NCBI GenBank assembly: GCA_043228905.1
Contig: JBHGNT010000003.1
Location: 23,622,001 to 23,686,000, forward strand
From: Azolla caroliniana
Taxonomy: Eukaryota; Plantae; Polypodiophyta
Length of the DNA stretch: 64,000 nt
Direction of reading: 5' to 3'
Numbering within the stretch: position 1 is the stretch's first letter; the number at the start of each line of letters is the position of its first letter. The position numbers were made by a program, and so were the translations under genes. Under the pieces are notes generated by a model. The model saw only the letters and a program-made list of their open reading frames with translations. It did no database searches and was not told the DNA's origin. Positions 52,674-64,000 of this stretch are shown here, one piece after another.

Positions 52674-55281
52674 GGACACTCGGAAAAGACCCCACGACTG
52701 TACGATAGGTAGGGGATTTTGCTTCTCCGACAACGGAGGGTGCATGATGGTCGACATCGTTGGCCGAGAAAAGACAAGGGCGGAAGAGCGACTTCGAGCG
52801 TGCGGAGTTCTCGGCCCGGACGAGGAAATCAGCGGAGCCGTGGAGGAGGTCTCCTTCGATGACACCTTGGGAATGCTAAGGAAGGTAGCCGGAGAAGACC
52901 TTAACGAAGACCGGACGATACCGGTATGTTCCGAAGAGATGTACGAAGTCATCGCGAACTTCAGTCGGGGGCTCGGGCCGGATCGGACGGCCCGAGTTAG
53001 CACAAAGTACAAGACTGTGGACCGGAAGGTAAGGCCAGTCGCGGCACCCTTACCGGAGGGCAGCGAGTCCCGGATCAAAGGGGTTGCGTCAGACCCCAGT
53101 TTACGAGATCCGGCCTGCATAGGACACACCTTCACCAACGGGACGCTCCGGGAGCTCAAAATCGGTGGGGGCGGGTTCCTACTGCCGGCGGAGGAAGACC
53201 GGTTTCGGAGGATGCTCGGAAGGCACGAGAAAGCCTTCGCGTTCTCACCGGAAGAGATCGGGTGCGTAGACCCGACGATCGTGGAGCCGATGGTGATATT
53301 CACGGTACCGCATGTGCCGTGGAATCTCAAGCCGATTCCGGTACCGAGAGCTCACATCCCGAAGTTGATGGAGCTATTGAGGCAGAAAGTAGATATGGGC
53401 ATTCTTGAACCGTCGAGTGCCCCATACTCGAACCGATGGTTTACAGTACCGAAGAAAAACGGAACGTTGCGCTTCATTCAAGACCTGCAGCCGGTCAACA
53501 GGGTGACCATTCGAAACGCAGGAATCAGACCGACCATAGACGAGTTCGCGGAGGCCTTTGCCGGAAGGTCGATTTACTCGGTCGGTGATCTGTACTCAGG
53601 GTACGACCAGTTCCAGCTAGCCGTGGAGAGCAGAGACATTACGACGATGCGAACTCCCCTCGGCCTAGTGCGAATGTGTACCCTGCCACAAGGAGGGACT
53701 AACTCGGTGGCTCACATGGTAAATGCAATGAACAAGGTACTGAGGGATTGCATCCCCGACATCACCATGCCATTTCTGGACGACATCCCGATTAAGGGGT
53801 GCCCGGTGGAGGAGAAGGACGAGACAGTCGGGCCGGACGGATGCCGGCGATTCGTGGAGAAACACATCGACGACTGCGAGAAGGTGCTACAAAGGCTAGA
53901 GGATGCTAGGCTCACCTTCTCCGGGGAGAAATCGGCCTTCGGGCAATCGGAAATCCTGGTAGTCGGACACCTATGTGGGCCATATGGCCGGAAGCCGTCT
54001 CCGGCAAAGGTAGAAGCCATCTCCACGATGAAGACCGAATGTAGCTCGGTTACGGAAGTTCGGAGGTTCCTGGGGGCATGCGCATTCTACCACATATGGA
54101 TCCCGCATTACGCCCACGTTGCGGAGCCGCTATATGGGTTGCTGAAGAAGGGGCAAAGATTCGAGTGGCGAGACGAGCACACGGGGTCGGTCCGGAAGCT
54201 GAGGGAAGCTCTTGCGGCAGCTCCGGCGCTCCGGAAGGCTGTCTACGAGAAGGGTACCCCGGTATACATAACGGTGGATACGAGCCCGACCGGGATCGGA
54301 TGGGTCGTCAACCAAGAAGACGAGGACGGCACCCGGTTCCCGATCCGATTCGGCGCTAAGGTCCTAAGTGAGCGACAGCGAGGGTACGCCCAGGTTAAAC
54401 GTGAACTCTGGGGTATCGTTTCGGCAGTAAAGGCGGACAAAGACTACCTTATCGGGACAGAAGTGATTATCGAGACGGATTGCCTGCCGATTCTTGGCAT
54501 GGTTTCCGGATGCGCGACACCGGACCTGGCGATGCTCAGGTGGATAGCGTACATCAAGTCCCTGGACCCAGAGATTCGACACATTTCCGGAAAGGACAAC
54601 GCCATGGCCGACATGCTTTCGAGGGCGAGGTTTGATGACGAGGGCGGCATGGTTTCGGAGGACGAAGAAGTCGGCGTGGACTTCTTCGAGGCGGCGTACG
54701 TGACGACCGATGGGACGAGCACTCCGGCACTTAACGACTTCGACGAGAGCAAGTACGATGGCGAGTGGCTCCAAATCGGTGGATTCTTGAGGACAATGAC
54801 GCCGGATGCGTCATGGACGAAGGACGAGGCCAACCGGATCCGGAAGAAAGCTTACCGATTCTTTCTCCGGGACGGATACCTATGGAAGCACCCGAAGAAG
54901 AGGGACGGCGCTCCGCTCCGGGTGGTGGCGATGAAGGAAGAACAGGAGGAGCTGCTGACGGCCTACCACGACAGCCCTTGGGCCGGACACCGTGGAACCT
55001 GGGCCACGTTCGAGAAGATAAAGGGGAAGTACTGGTGGCTGGGACTGTACCGGGACGTGCATTGATTCGTGACAACTTGCGAGAGCTGTCAGATGCACTC
55101 CATAGTCCGACACCGGGACGAACTTCACCCTACGTACCCTCCGACCATCCACTTCAAATGGATGGTAGACCTGGTAACGATGCCGATAGGAGTAGGACAG
55201 ATGCGGTATCTGGTCCTGGCTCGGGAAGATCTAACGAACCAGGTGGAAGGCCGGGCCCTTCAGAACAAAACGACTGCAGCC

Positions 55282-55969
55282 TGTTGGGAAACAGGTCCCT
55301 CCGGATGGGAAGGTAGAAGAACAGTGCCGACGAACAAACTCGGCCGAGGCCGACAGGCCTCGGCCGAACCGGTATGAACCGGATGGGGAGTACCCGACTG
55401 CGGAGAGTCGGATGGTGTAGGCCCGGTATGAACCGGATGAGGAGTACCCGACTGCGGAGAGCCGGATGAGGAGTACCCGACTGCGGATAGCCGGATGGGG
55501 AGTACCCGACTACGGAGAGTCGGATGGAGCCCATCGAGGCTACATTTGTAAATAGCCGAAAAGTCATATTAGTATAAATATGACTTAGGGCAATTTTGTA
55601 GTTGTTGTCGTTTTGTGTGGTTATTCTTTCTTGTTGGTGCAAGAAGAAATCAGAGCACGTAACTGTGCAGAGAGAGAGAGAGAGAGAGATGAGGTCGTTG
55701 CCTCTGTTGTAACCGCCGCCTGTGGCGAAGATCTGAGAGCACGAGGTCGTTGCCTCAGTGATCTCACTGTTGTATATTCCTACATAGTGTCAGTTTGCAG
55801 CTTGTGGGCTGCCGTGGTTTTTTTTTCCCTATTTTGGGGTTTTCCACGTATACCTCCTGTGTATCATTTCTCCTCTTTTGTGTCGCGTTTAATTACCTGT
55901 TTTTCTGTGTATGTAAAGAATCTCGGTTGTGGCCGAGCGTTGGACATAAGGAACGTCAAGTTCTCAACA
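55282..55969 (+). mobile_element. Solo LTR (688 bp) of another family inserted in the integrase
   Basis: TGTTGGGAA...TTCTCAACA termini; 5-bp TSD CAGCC (55277-55281, 55970-55974); removal restores QNKTTAAVCRFLLEDVICRY; internal ~29-bp repeats ccggatg.ggagtacccgact.cgga at ~55379-55525. Confidence 0.92.
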
Positions 55970-57405
55970 CAGCCGTATGTCGGTTCCTGCTCGAGGACGT
56001 AATATGCCGGTACAGGTGCGTCGGGAAGATCGTGGCTGACCGCGGGGAGTTGGACGCCGAAGAGGCCGAGGAGCTGTTCGACCGGTTAGGGGTCAAGCTC
56101 TCGCTTACCACTGCGTACAATCCAGAGGAAAATGGGAAGGTGGAGCGTGGACACGGATCGATCGTCAAGGCGGGAACTGTCCCACTCGCGTCTTTGCGTC
56201 GAAGGGCCGTGTCCCTGTGAATCTACACTTGCACGTAGTGGGTCTCTTCTCTCTCTCTCTTACTCTTCGGTACAGGAGCCCCGAGGTCCCGCCTCACTCC
56301 ACGCATCCGCAAGGAATACCTCGACAACGTAGGATTATCAAACGCTCGCTAACCAATACTCTGAAGAACTCACGCAACTACTGGAAGATTTCGGGGAAAG
56401 TCAGGAAGACACCTTCCACCAGCTCATGGAGCTCGGGAGCAAGAGCCAGAGGGCGGAAGCAATAACAGTACCAAACAACAACTCCGCTAAACAAAACGAG
56501 CCCCAACCTAACACAAATGGCGTGCCTGAGGAAACCACTACACCAATCAACCCCGCGGACATAACGAGCGAAGCGGAACAACGCCCGAACGCCTAGCCAC
56601 ACCAGGAAGAGCCGTCATTGGAGCTACAAGGAAATGTCTTGGACAACGTACCAACCGAGCCCACCCCGACGACGCCGCGTGAAGAAGACAACACAGAGAC
56701 CAACGCGCCAATCAACCCGAATAACGAAGAAACTACGAACATCCCGCCGTCTTCGAGGCATGGCGAACGAGCGGAGCCGTGATGAGGACACCATGGAAAC
56801 CAACACACCGGCCGAGCGTACCCAAGAAGCATCTACGAACATCACACTGCCTCCGGAGCGTGTCGAACGAATGGAGCCAAACATCCTTGACATTTTGGGC
56901 GACGAATAGGAAGTGGATGGGTTCGACGTGCCATGGCACTGTCCCACAGGCGTGCCAGGTGTTGTCTGCCGGAATTGTAACTGCCGAACATAACGCATGA
57001 GGAATAGAGTATTATATTAGGAGCGTTAAAAGTAACACGAATAACAGTTGTACACAGGGAGCCTAACCAATTAGAGGCCCTGTATATATAAAGGGCGAGA
57101 GACCATTGTAATGGGGAGCGTATTATGAGAGTGTCGTTTTAACATAGTTATCTTCTCTAATCTTGGTGTCCTGTCCATTGGTTGATTGGTGTCTTGTTTC
57201 CGTGTCTCGTTCTCTATACAAGACTGTGTTACAGTTAACACAAGGTAAGAATGCGTTGGGTACTACGCCCTAAGGAGGCTAGGTTGTAGCCGTCTCCTCC
57301 TTACGCCCTACTGATCATGCACTACGCATCTCTATTCCCTTGCACCACAATCACTTTGTAAGTTACCTCGAAGGACTGAGGGTAACTTATGTTCCTAACC
57401 GATAA

Positions 57406-57407
<2 letters not shown>

Positions 57408-57440
<33 letters not shown>
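57408..57440. repeat. (GA)n microsatellite
   Basis: Directly visible. Confidence 0.9.
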
Positions 57441-57444
<4 letters not shown>

Positions 57445-57609
57445 AGACAGAGATAAAAGACTGTATGTTACATTAACCAAAATACTTCCAACGGTAACTA
57501 CATTACAAGGGGTTGGTTTAAATACCAACTAAACTAGGGCAAGTGCCCTTTCTACTATTTACAAAGCTAGCCTGGTATGACCATGAGCTAGTGTGAAACC
57601 TATTACTAT

Positions 57610-58470
57610 GGGAAGTTGAGTTTGACTCTCAACAGATTTATCACTAGATTTATGCAAAATCCCAGCCGGTCACATTGGAACACAGTAAAGCACATGTTGA
57701 GATATTTGGCGGGCACAAAAGAATATGACATCTTATTCGGCTTGAAGAAGACTTCAGGCATAGTCGGATACACCGACTCGGACTTTGTTGGTTGCTTGGA
57801 CAAACAAAAATCGACAATCAGATAGTGCTATAAATTCGGCAATGGAGCAAACTCATGGAAGCCAAAACTCTAAGAGTGCATGGCCACTTCAACCACCGAA
57901 GCCGAATATGTAGCCACGTTCGACATGACGAAGGAAGCTCTATGGCTTGGATGGTTGGCGCGCACATTTCGAGAAGTTGATTTTGTCTCGGCTCCAATTG
58001 TCTATAGCAACAGTCAAGGCATCGTTGCTTTGTCAAGAAATCTAGCTCCCCACTATGCCTCAAAGCACATAGATGTACAATATCACTTTGTTCGGAACCG
58101 CGTCATCTCCGGGAAGCTCGGCCGTGAGAAAATACCGACGACTGACAATGTACTAGATGGGATGACCAAATGTCTTCTGGAAAACCGATTCTGGTCTTTT
58201 CGGCACCAAATGGGCATCATAAGTCTGCTTAAGTCGAACAATAAGGAAGGTTTTGGGCAATCGACATCGACATCTTGAGATTCGGCGTGAGAATATTTGG
58301 ATTGACTTCAACCTTTATGTATCGGCCAATCCGGCCTTTTGCTCATGGACATTGCCACTTCGGACAAAGGCCGACTTGTTCGACAACCTATATATAAATA
58401 TGTAGTTTCCTTTTTTGTTTGTTCTTTTAAGTACATATTTTTGTTGCATACACCAATCACGGGGGAGTGT
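57610..58470 (+). mobile_element. Ty1/Copia relic (RT end plus RNase H)
   Basis: RFMQNP..SHW..VKHMLRYLAGT, GYTDSDFVG, ATSTTEAEYVA, SKHIDVQYHFVR, DNVLDGMTK; PPT-like gggggag then TG at 58461-58469. Confidence 0.9.
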
Positions 58471-58665
58471 CTTATACAGGTACTTAATGGAAAAATTCAC
58501 ATTGTCCCATTGGAAAAACTAGGTCTAGGTCATATTTGTAAATATTGGAAAGGGGAGTTTCCCTAGTTCAGTTTGTATTTAAACTGAACTTGGTAACTTA
58601 GTTGAAAAGAGTGTTCGCCATTGTAACTTCTTGATAATAACACATGTACATAATTTGTTCCTATT

Positions 58666-58714
<49 letters not shown>

Positions 58715-58718
<4 letters not shown>

Positions 58719-59756
58719 GGTTGGTTGGATCATACATCTATCTCGGAGTCACTTTCAGTGCTCGCTCAGGTAAATTTTCGATGACACAGGCAGCGAAGGA
58801 TAGACGAGAGGACATGCATCCCTCTCACTCCTAGAGAGACAATGCCACCAAGCATACTTTCAAGAACCACTTTTCTGAGTTAGGTTTTATCACGCGACCA
58901 AAATATCTAGATGTATTCTTACCACATGCACTAAGGGTTGCCATTGGACAACTTAGAATATCATCTCACCAACTCCAGATTGAGAATGGCCGTACTAATG
59001 GAGTCCCTAGGGAGGAAAGTATATGTAGCTTATGTCACATAGAGATAGAGGATGAGTATCACTTTACATGCAAGTGCCCAATCTACGCCGAGATAAGGGC
59101 AAAATACCAAGACATACTTGGTTCCCCTCCCACCCTCCCCAAACTATTAGATACTCTAGATATAAAGAAATTAGGCAAATACATTCTAGAGCTAAAACAA
59201 CACAAAGAGAATAAGTTACAAAATGTTGACAATAATGTTGCTAATGTTCACCAACATGTAACAAATGAAGTATTTCAGGAACAGGGGGAGACAACAAATG
59301 TCGACACACTTGCACCACTCGGCATTTCCCTTGATGAGGCAAAAAACCAAAGAAGAACCAGATGTCCTCGGGTTCCGGGTTTCAAAGCAACTCGATGTGG
59401 TGTGGAAGCAATAATGAAAATAAGAGAACGTGAGCTACACCGCCTAGAAGCCATGGCTAGGGCACTCTCTACATTGGAACCATGGGTCACACCCACATCA
59501 AAACCCTTTGACCCCCCACTTCTTTTCGAGAGGCGTGGGTGGAAATAAAATTAGGATTAGTGTAAAGTCACTTCCTTTATCGAGTATACCATGTATTGTA
59601 CACTACTAGAACTCTTTTAGCTTAAGTTCTATGTTTACTTTATTTTATTTTAGTTATGATGACCGGATAAATACTCATTTTGTTGTAAACCAATTGTCTC
59701 ATGGGCCAAATTTGGCCTTAGAAGACGTTAATATATCTTTCTCTCTCTCTCTCTCA
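58715..59756 (+). mobile_element. 5'-truncated non-LTR retrotransposon (RTE-like) with (TC)n at both ends
   Basis: YIYLGVTF (RT thumb); LRISSHQLQIENGR....REESICSLCHIEIEDEYHFTCKCPIYAEIR (CCHC-type C-terminus); 3' palindrome ggccaaatttggcc then (TC)n; (TC)n at ~58668-58714 upstream. Clade assignment tentative. Confidence 0.8.
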
Positions 59757-59779
59757 GGTGAAAACACACAATTATATTA

Positions 59780-61070
59780 ATAAATGTGTGTAAAAAACAC
59801 TACTTACAATAGGTGTGACAATGGAGTATGGTCACCCATTAACTACACTACATGGGTAGTGGAACATGTTGAATTGCCAATAGGCAAGATGAACACTCCA
59901 TCGAGGAAAGAATTTCCACTTGCTCCAATAAAGAAAATTTCCACATTAGTACTCCCTTCAATTTTCGTAGATATGTTTTCCCTCCATGTCTACCGTCGAA
60001 TACAAAAGTGTTGCGCAAATTCCAATTATGACACAATCCCCAATATCTGAGAAATAGAAAAATGATCTCCATCTCTAATTTTGGGTCAACCTATGTAAAT
60101 TGTGCAAACACCCACTGTCTAGGTGTCAAGGAACACCCTGATAAAACTTGCCAAATTTGAGAAATGTAACTCCAAATCTAACAAACAATCGGACATTGTA
60201 TAAATCGATGAGTACTATCTTCCATTTGAATAGTGCAAAAGAAACATACCCGTTGCTAATCCACGACGCTTTAGAGCCAATCCCAAAGGCAATCCTCCAA
60301 TCAAAACTCTCCAAATGAAGACCTTTGCTACAAGTGGCAATTTAGAATGCCAACTATGTTGTCAGATCTACCACCACCCATGATCATATTTGTGTAACCT
60401 CCATTCTTCTTCAGCCTTAGATGATAACCATCCAAGAGACTCAACAGAGGAATGATACAAAAGATTAATAGTCACTTGTAAGAATCCTTTAAACACCAAT
60501 CAAGCCAAGGTTGTTCTCCTATTTGTAGAGGTAAGGGACCTTGCATCAATGCAATATTTTGTAGTTGTTGCCAAATAAACCCATAATTAGGTGGAATGCG
60601 TAATAATTGTTGCGCTTCAACAAACTCCAAAATTCTTTGAGATGGAGCCTCTACTATATCTCCCACCTCTTTGACCCCCAAACGAAACAAACAATTAAAT
60701 TTCAGAGAGCAAACTCTCCGTTCCTGGCCAACATAATAACCAACAAGACACAAGCAACTCTTTTTGCAAAGAATTACAATGCTCTCTACTGGATGATGGT
60801 TTCCATACACATAACAATAGTGCTTCTTGCCATTAGGTAACTAAGTGTTGAACACATGTAGAGCCCGGAATCCTAAGTGAAATACATCCATTCAGTAATT
60901 GCCACCATGAAGCCTTAATCGTTGTCCTCCCATGTGTTAAACCCTTGTTCTCAATGAAATATTGAACAATTTAGATATCCATGGTTGTGAGTTTGAACAC
61001 ATATCTTGTAATAATGAAAATCTACGAGCCATCATATGCTTAGATAAGTTCAATATTCAAGCCCCCCCAA
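59780..61070 (-). mobile_element. Degenerate L1-like LINE ORF2 3' half, cut by the LTR element at 61072
   Basis: LGGLNI.NLSKHMMARRFSLLQDM..QPW (post-RT GGL motif, with a frameshift) and downstream Trp-rich segments. Confidence 0.5.
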
Positions 61071-61785
61071 GTGTTACGGGCATGACCATATAATATCCCG
61101 TGGTGAGAATTTACTGTAGTATTCTATACACGTGGATAAGTGTGAGGGTTAAACGAGAGTGTAAAGAAGGGGAGGATTACTTTTAATCCTCGGGATTGAG
61201 ACAACCCATTAGGCCAAGTGTGAACTTGCCTGGGGGCCTTGGGTATCGCTATAAATAAGAGGCCTAGCTACCCTCACTTTGGGCATCTTTTGACTACATC
61301 GAGACTCTGTTCTTGTGGTGGGTCAACTCTTGTAGTGAGCGCGCCAGCACCAGGTACGACTCGACGCCACGACGGTGGTATGGGACGCTGATCAAGGCTC
61401 GAGTCTGTCTCAATCCCTTCGCTCGAGGGTGGTCAGGTGGATCGACACCCTTCCTTCTCTCTCTCCTTTCTATCTATCTATCTATCTATATTCTATCCTT
61501 ATCTAATGCTTACATTAGTTCATGTCTCTAACAGTTGGTTTCAGAGCCTATGTTCTAATGTTTCTTTTGTTGTCTTTTGTTTTGTTGATTGATGGTGATC
61601 GATCTATGTGCGGTCGGCCTTGATCCAGACAACGATCAACAAAGGAACTTCGGTAACTCTTTCCTTATTTTATTTTTTTTCTATTTTTTCTTCTCCCATC
61701 TAATCATGTGTATAGTCTATGTGCAATTATTTCATTAATTCAATGATGTTGTAGTGGTAATTAATTGGTTGTATAAAACGTTTAC

Positions 61786-62175
61786 ATATGTGTATGAGGT
61801 CAATACCTCATTTGACATATATTGAATATGTGATTAGTGTCGTATGCGCACGAGGTTAATACCTCAATTGCGTATTACGCTCAGATACATATGTTACGTA
61901 TGCATATGAGGTCAATACATGTGTATGAGGTCAATACCTCATTTGACATATATTGAATATGTGATTAGTGTCGTATGCGCACGAGGTTAATACCTCAATT
62001 GCGTATTACGCTCACATACATATGTTACGTATGCATATGAGGTCAATACCTCGATTTTGTTGTAAATGACATGCGTTTGGTCTCGTATGCGTAAGAGGTC
62101 AATACCTCAATTGGGTATTACGATGAACCCTTATTTTTAGATGTTTTGTTTGCGTAGAGATATATGCCTCAATTA
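61786..62175. repeat. ~56-bp-period hairpin repeats (GAGGT-caat/taat-ACCTC) in the Gypsy leader, including a ~131-bp near-exact duplication
   Basis: gaggt(c/t)aatacctc at ~61796, 61852, 61927, 61983, 62039, 62095. Confidence 0.85.
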
Positions 62176-63173
62176 CGTATCTCGATTATATCATTTATGG
62201 CTATTTGATGTAACGATGTGGTCACGTGTATATGTATTTGATCGTATATATGTGATAATATACATATGTGTATATAAGTTATTAAGTGATTTTAATATCG
62301 GATGTTTTCCTTTTCGGGGAAAGGATCTTGGTGGCCGTCCTCACATTTTTGTGAGAATGGCGTTGTCACCATCCCTTTTTTCAACAATTTTTTATTGTTG
62401 ACATTCCCATTGGTGACTTCGATTTTATTACGTAAAGAAATGCCTACTACGAAAAGAGGGCTCATTTAGCTTGACCATTAGGTTGCACTTTAGCGTATGC
62501 CATCGTAATTACGAAACTTGAGGTTAGGTAATGTACCAACATATTTTGTAGTAAACGAGGGGGAAATAAGGACTCTTGACATATATGTTTCTTTTAAAAA
62601 AACATATATGGACAAATGTCTCGCATATCTCTTATACGTATGAAGCATTAAACATTCAAGAAGAGCAACCTACTTGGTTGGCTCAAGTGTTTAATGCATT
62701 TGTTCTCGAGGTCTCGAGTTCAAATATGGCCAAGATCATACAACATCTTTGATACATATCACTATAACACATGTTTAGACTTGAGGTCTAAGTGCATTTT
62801 GGGATCCTCATAATAGGACTTAAAGAGCTGAAACCACATATGTGGGCATAGAAACATAGTTTATTGTTAACATTTTTTTCGTGTATAAACTATTCATGAT
62901 GTGAACATACATGGTTGAGCCTCGGGGAGCCGCCATGAAAAAATCGATATAGAGATCAGGGAAAGACATTAATTTGTCACCCCCATGGTTTTTAAAACAC
63001 CTTTATGTTACCATAGTAACCTGATCTTGAACCTCATCTCATACGTCTAGAGGGGTATTGACGTGAGATCATGATATCGATTAATGTTTGCCCATGATAT
63101 GTTTACATCATGACATGATGTTATGACTATTTATCTGACCTTATCCTATTTCTTTGCCAGAAATAAACATTCA

Positions 63174-63938
63174 ATGGCTCAAAATAACGACCCGATGTCA
63201 TCCACTCAAGTGGAAGGAACTCAAGGAAATCCTCTTGGACAAATGTCCATTGAGATGTCTTTTTCGCAAATAACCCAATACCTTAGTTTCACCGCTCAAT
63301 AGATGACCGAACTTTGGCAATCTCAAAGTGCCCTCGAGGCACGTGTCATTAGTTTACAATGAGAGACTAATAGACCTGATGAGCGATAGGGTGAACCATC
63401 GTTTGTTGTTAAGCCATTTACGGGAGAAAAAAAGGAAAGAACCGAAGAAGAAATCTACATGTGGTTGGGCCGATGGGAGTCTCATTTTGAGCTCTATTCC
63501 ACACCAGATAGTACAAAGATTGCATATGTCAGCCGAGAACTAGGGGGTAAGGCCACTGCTTGGTGGCGTGGGCTCTGTACTTTGGGGAAATTGCCTGATA
63601 CCTGGACAGATTTTGTCACAGTTTTTAAGGGCCAATTTCTGCAACCTCCCTCTCGAACCAAGGCAGCACAAACTTTAATGAACCTCTCTAGCAGGAAGTT
63701 TTCCTCGCTAGAAGACTATGTCCACCATGCTAGAACCCAAATCCAAAAATCGGGTCTAGAAGGGGACAATAGGTTAATAACTTGTTATGTCAATGGCATC
63801 CCCAATTCGGACTATCATTGGATAGTGCACGATAAGGATCCAAAATCCTTTGAAGAGGCCGTTGAAATAGCTCTTCTCTATCAACGCACTTTGAAGAAGA
63901 ACCACAACAAACCCAACGAAGCGCTCGGGACTAAGTAG
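63174..63938 (+). pseudogene. gag: Retrotransposon gag (stop and frameshift in the N-terminal part)
   Basis: KIAYVSRELGGKATAWW...PDTWTDFVTVFKGQFLQP...YVNGIP..PKSFEEAVEIA. Confidence 0.8.
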
Positions 63939-64000
63939 TCACAATTCGTTGGGAAACGCAAGACACCCAACGAATTCATGGATCGTGATTGTAAGCGACA

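Larger units (their letters stand above)
52621..56170 (+). pseudogene. pol: Pol (RT-RNase H-integrase) of the inner Gypsy; premature stop at 55063-55065, solo-LTR insertion, 3' truncation
   Basis: DLYSGYDQ, LPQGGTNS, PFLDDIPIKG, VRRFLG, VDTSPTGIGW, ETDCLP, HDSPWAGH...H*FVTTCESC, integrase IVADRGE...YNPEENGKVERGH. Confidence 0.93.
49833..56326 (+). mobile_element. Young GC-rich Ty3/Gypsy retrotransposon with an internal 3' deletion
   Basis: 5' LTR TGTCG...CGACA, PBS, gag-PR, RT-RH-INT; last 150 bp of 3' LTR (56177-56326) matches 50319-50468 with 4 mismatches; TSD ACGT at 49829-49832 and 56327-56330. Confidence 0.95.
47506..56909 (+). pseudogene. Extra (post-pol) coiled-coil ORF of the outer Gypsy, split by the inner element (47506-49832 and 56331-56909)
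   Basis: GIIIYTFEGRAIDWGVI motif, long E/K/A-rich helical stretch, several CAG>TAG-type stops; frame resumes (EELT*DYQTLANQYSEELTQLLEDF) after removing the insert and one TSD copy. Confidence 0.65.
47100..57407 (+). mobile_element. 3' part of an outer Ty3/Gypsy element: integrase C-terminus, extra ORF and probable 3' LTR
   Basis: GPY/F-type motif RWIGPYWIIGAENGTF*LGTLAGEVL..KVKGFQLRPY at 47214-47330; extra ORF; LTR-like region ~56900-57407 with TATA (tatatataaa ~57083) ending TAACA; LTR start not resolved. Confidence 0.7.
61072..64000 (+). mobile_element. Ty3/Gypsy element, 5' part (continues past the window)
   Basis: LTR 61072-61533 (TGTTA...TAACA, tataaata at ~61249); PBS tggtttcagagcc 61536-61548 (initiator tRNA-Met type, one mismatch); long leader; gag pieces 63174-63938. 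Confidence 0.88.

Noticed and set aside
50365-55642. Many antisense and alternate-frame ORFs over the inner Gypsy
   Set aside because: Expected by-product of high GC content over gag/pol

Overview
AT-rich eukaryotic land-plant genomic DNA; the TE families and microsatellite content suggest a fern (inference). The first ~32 kb holds four spliced host genes: a PP2A B55 regulatory subunit (minus, 3' part not located), a plastid/thylakoid-lumen DUF6816-like protein (minus), mannose-6-phosphate isomerase (plus) and CTU2 (plus). It also has a tRNA-Trp(CCA) gene and small TE relics. The remaining ~32 kb is a nest of transposons: L1-like and RTE-like LINEs, Copia relics and several Ty3/Gypsy elements. 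One Gypsy is young and GC-rich, with a tRNA-Trp primer-binding site, a 4-bp TSD, a -1 frameshift signal after gag-protease and a nested solo LTR. The most unusual item is a decayed five-intron gene (42637-46130, minus). It encodes a ParB/Srx-like domain fused to a prokaryote-type beta-class DNA amino-methyltransferase (DIPY ... QKP ... GDWILDLFSSTGTT). An array of spaced palindromes (core TCGATAC-N3-GTATCGA) lies upstream of it. A second diverged gene fragment with its own co-varying array, and a third partial array, lie in tandem, suggesting a mobile ParB-methyltransferase plus palindrome-array module. All calls are from manual reading; no searches were run.
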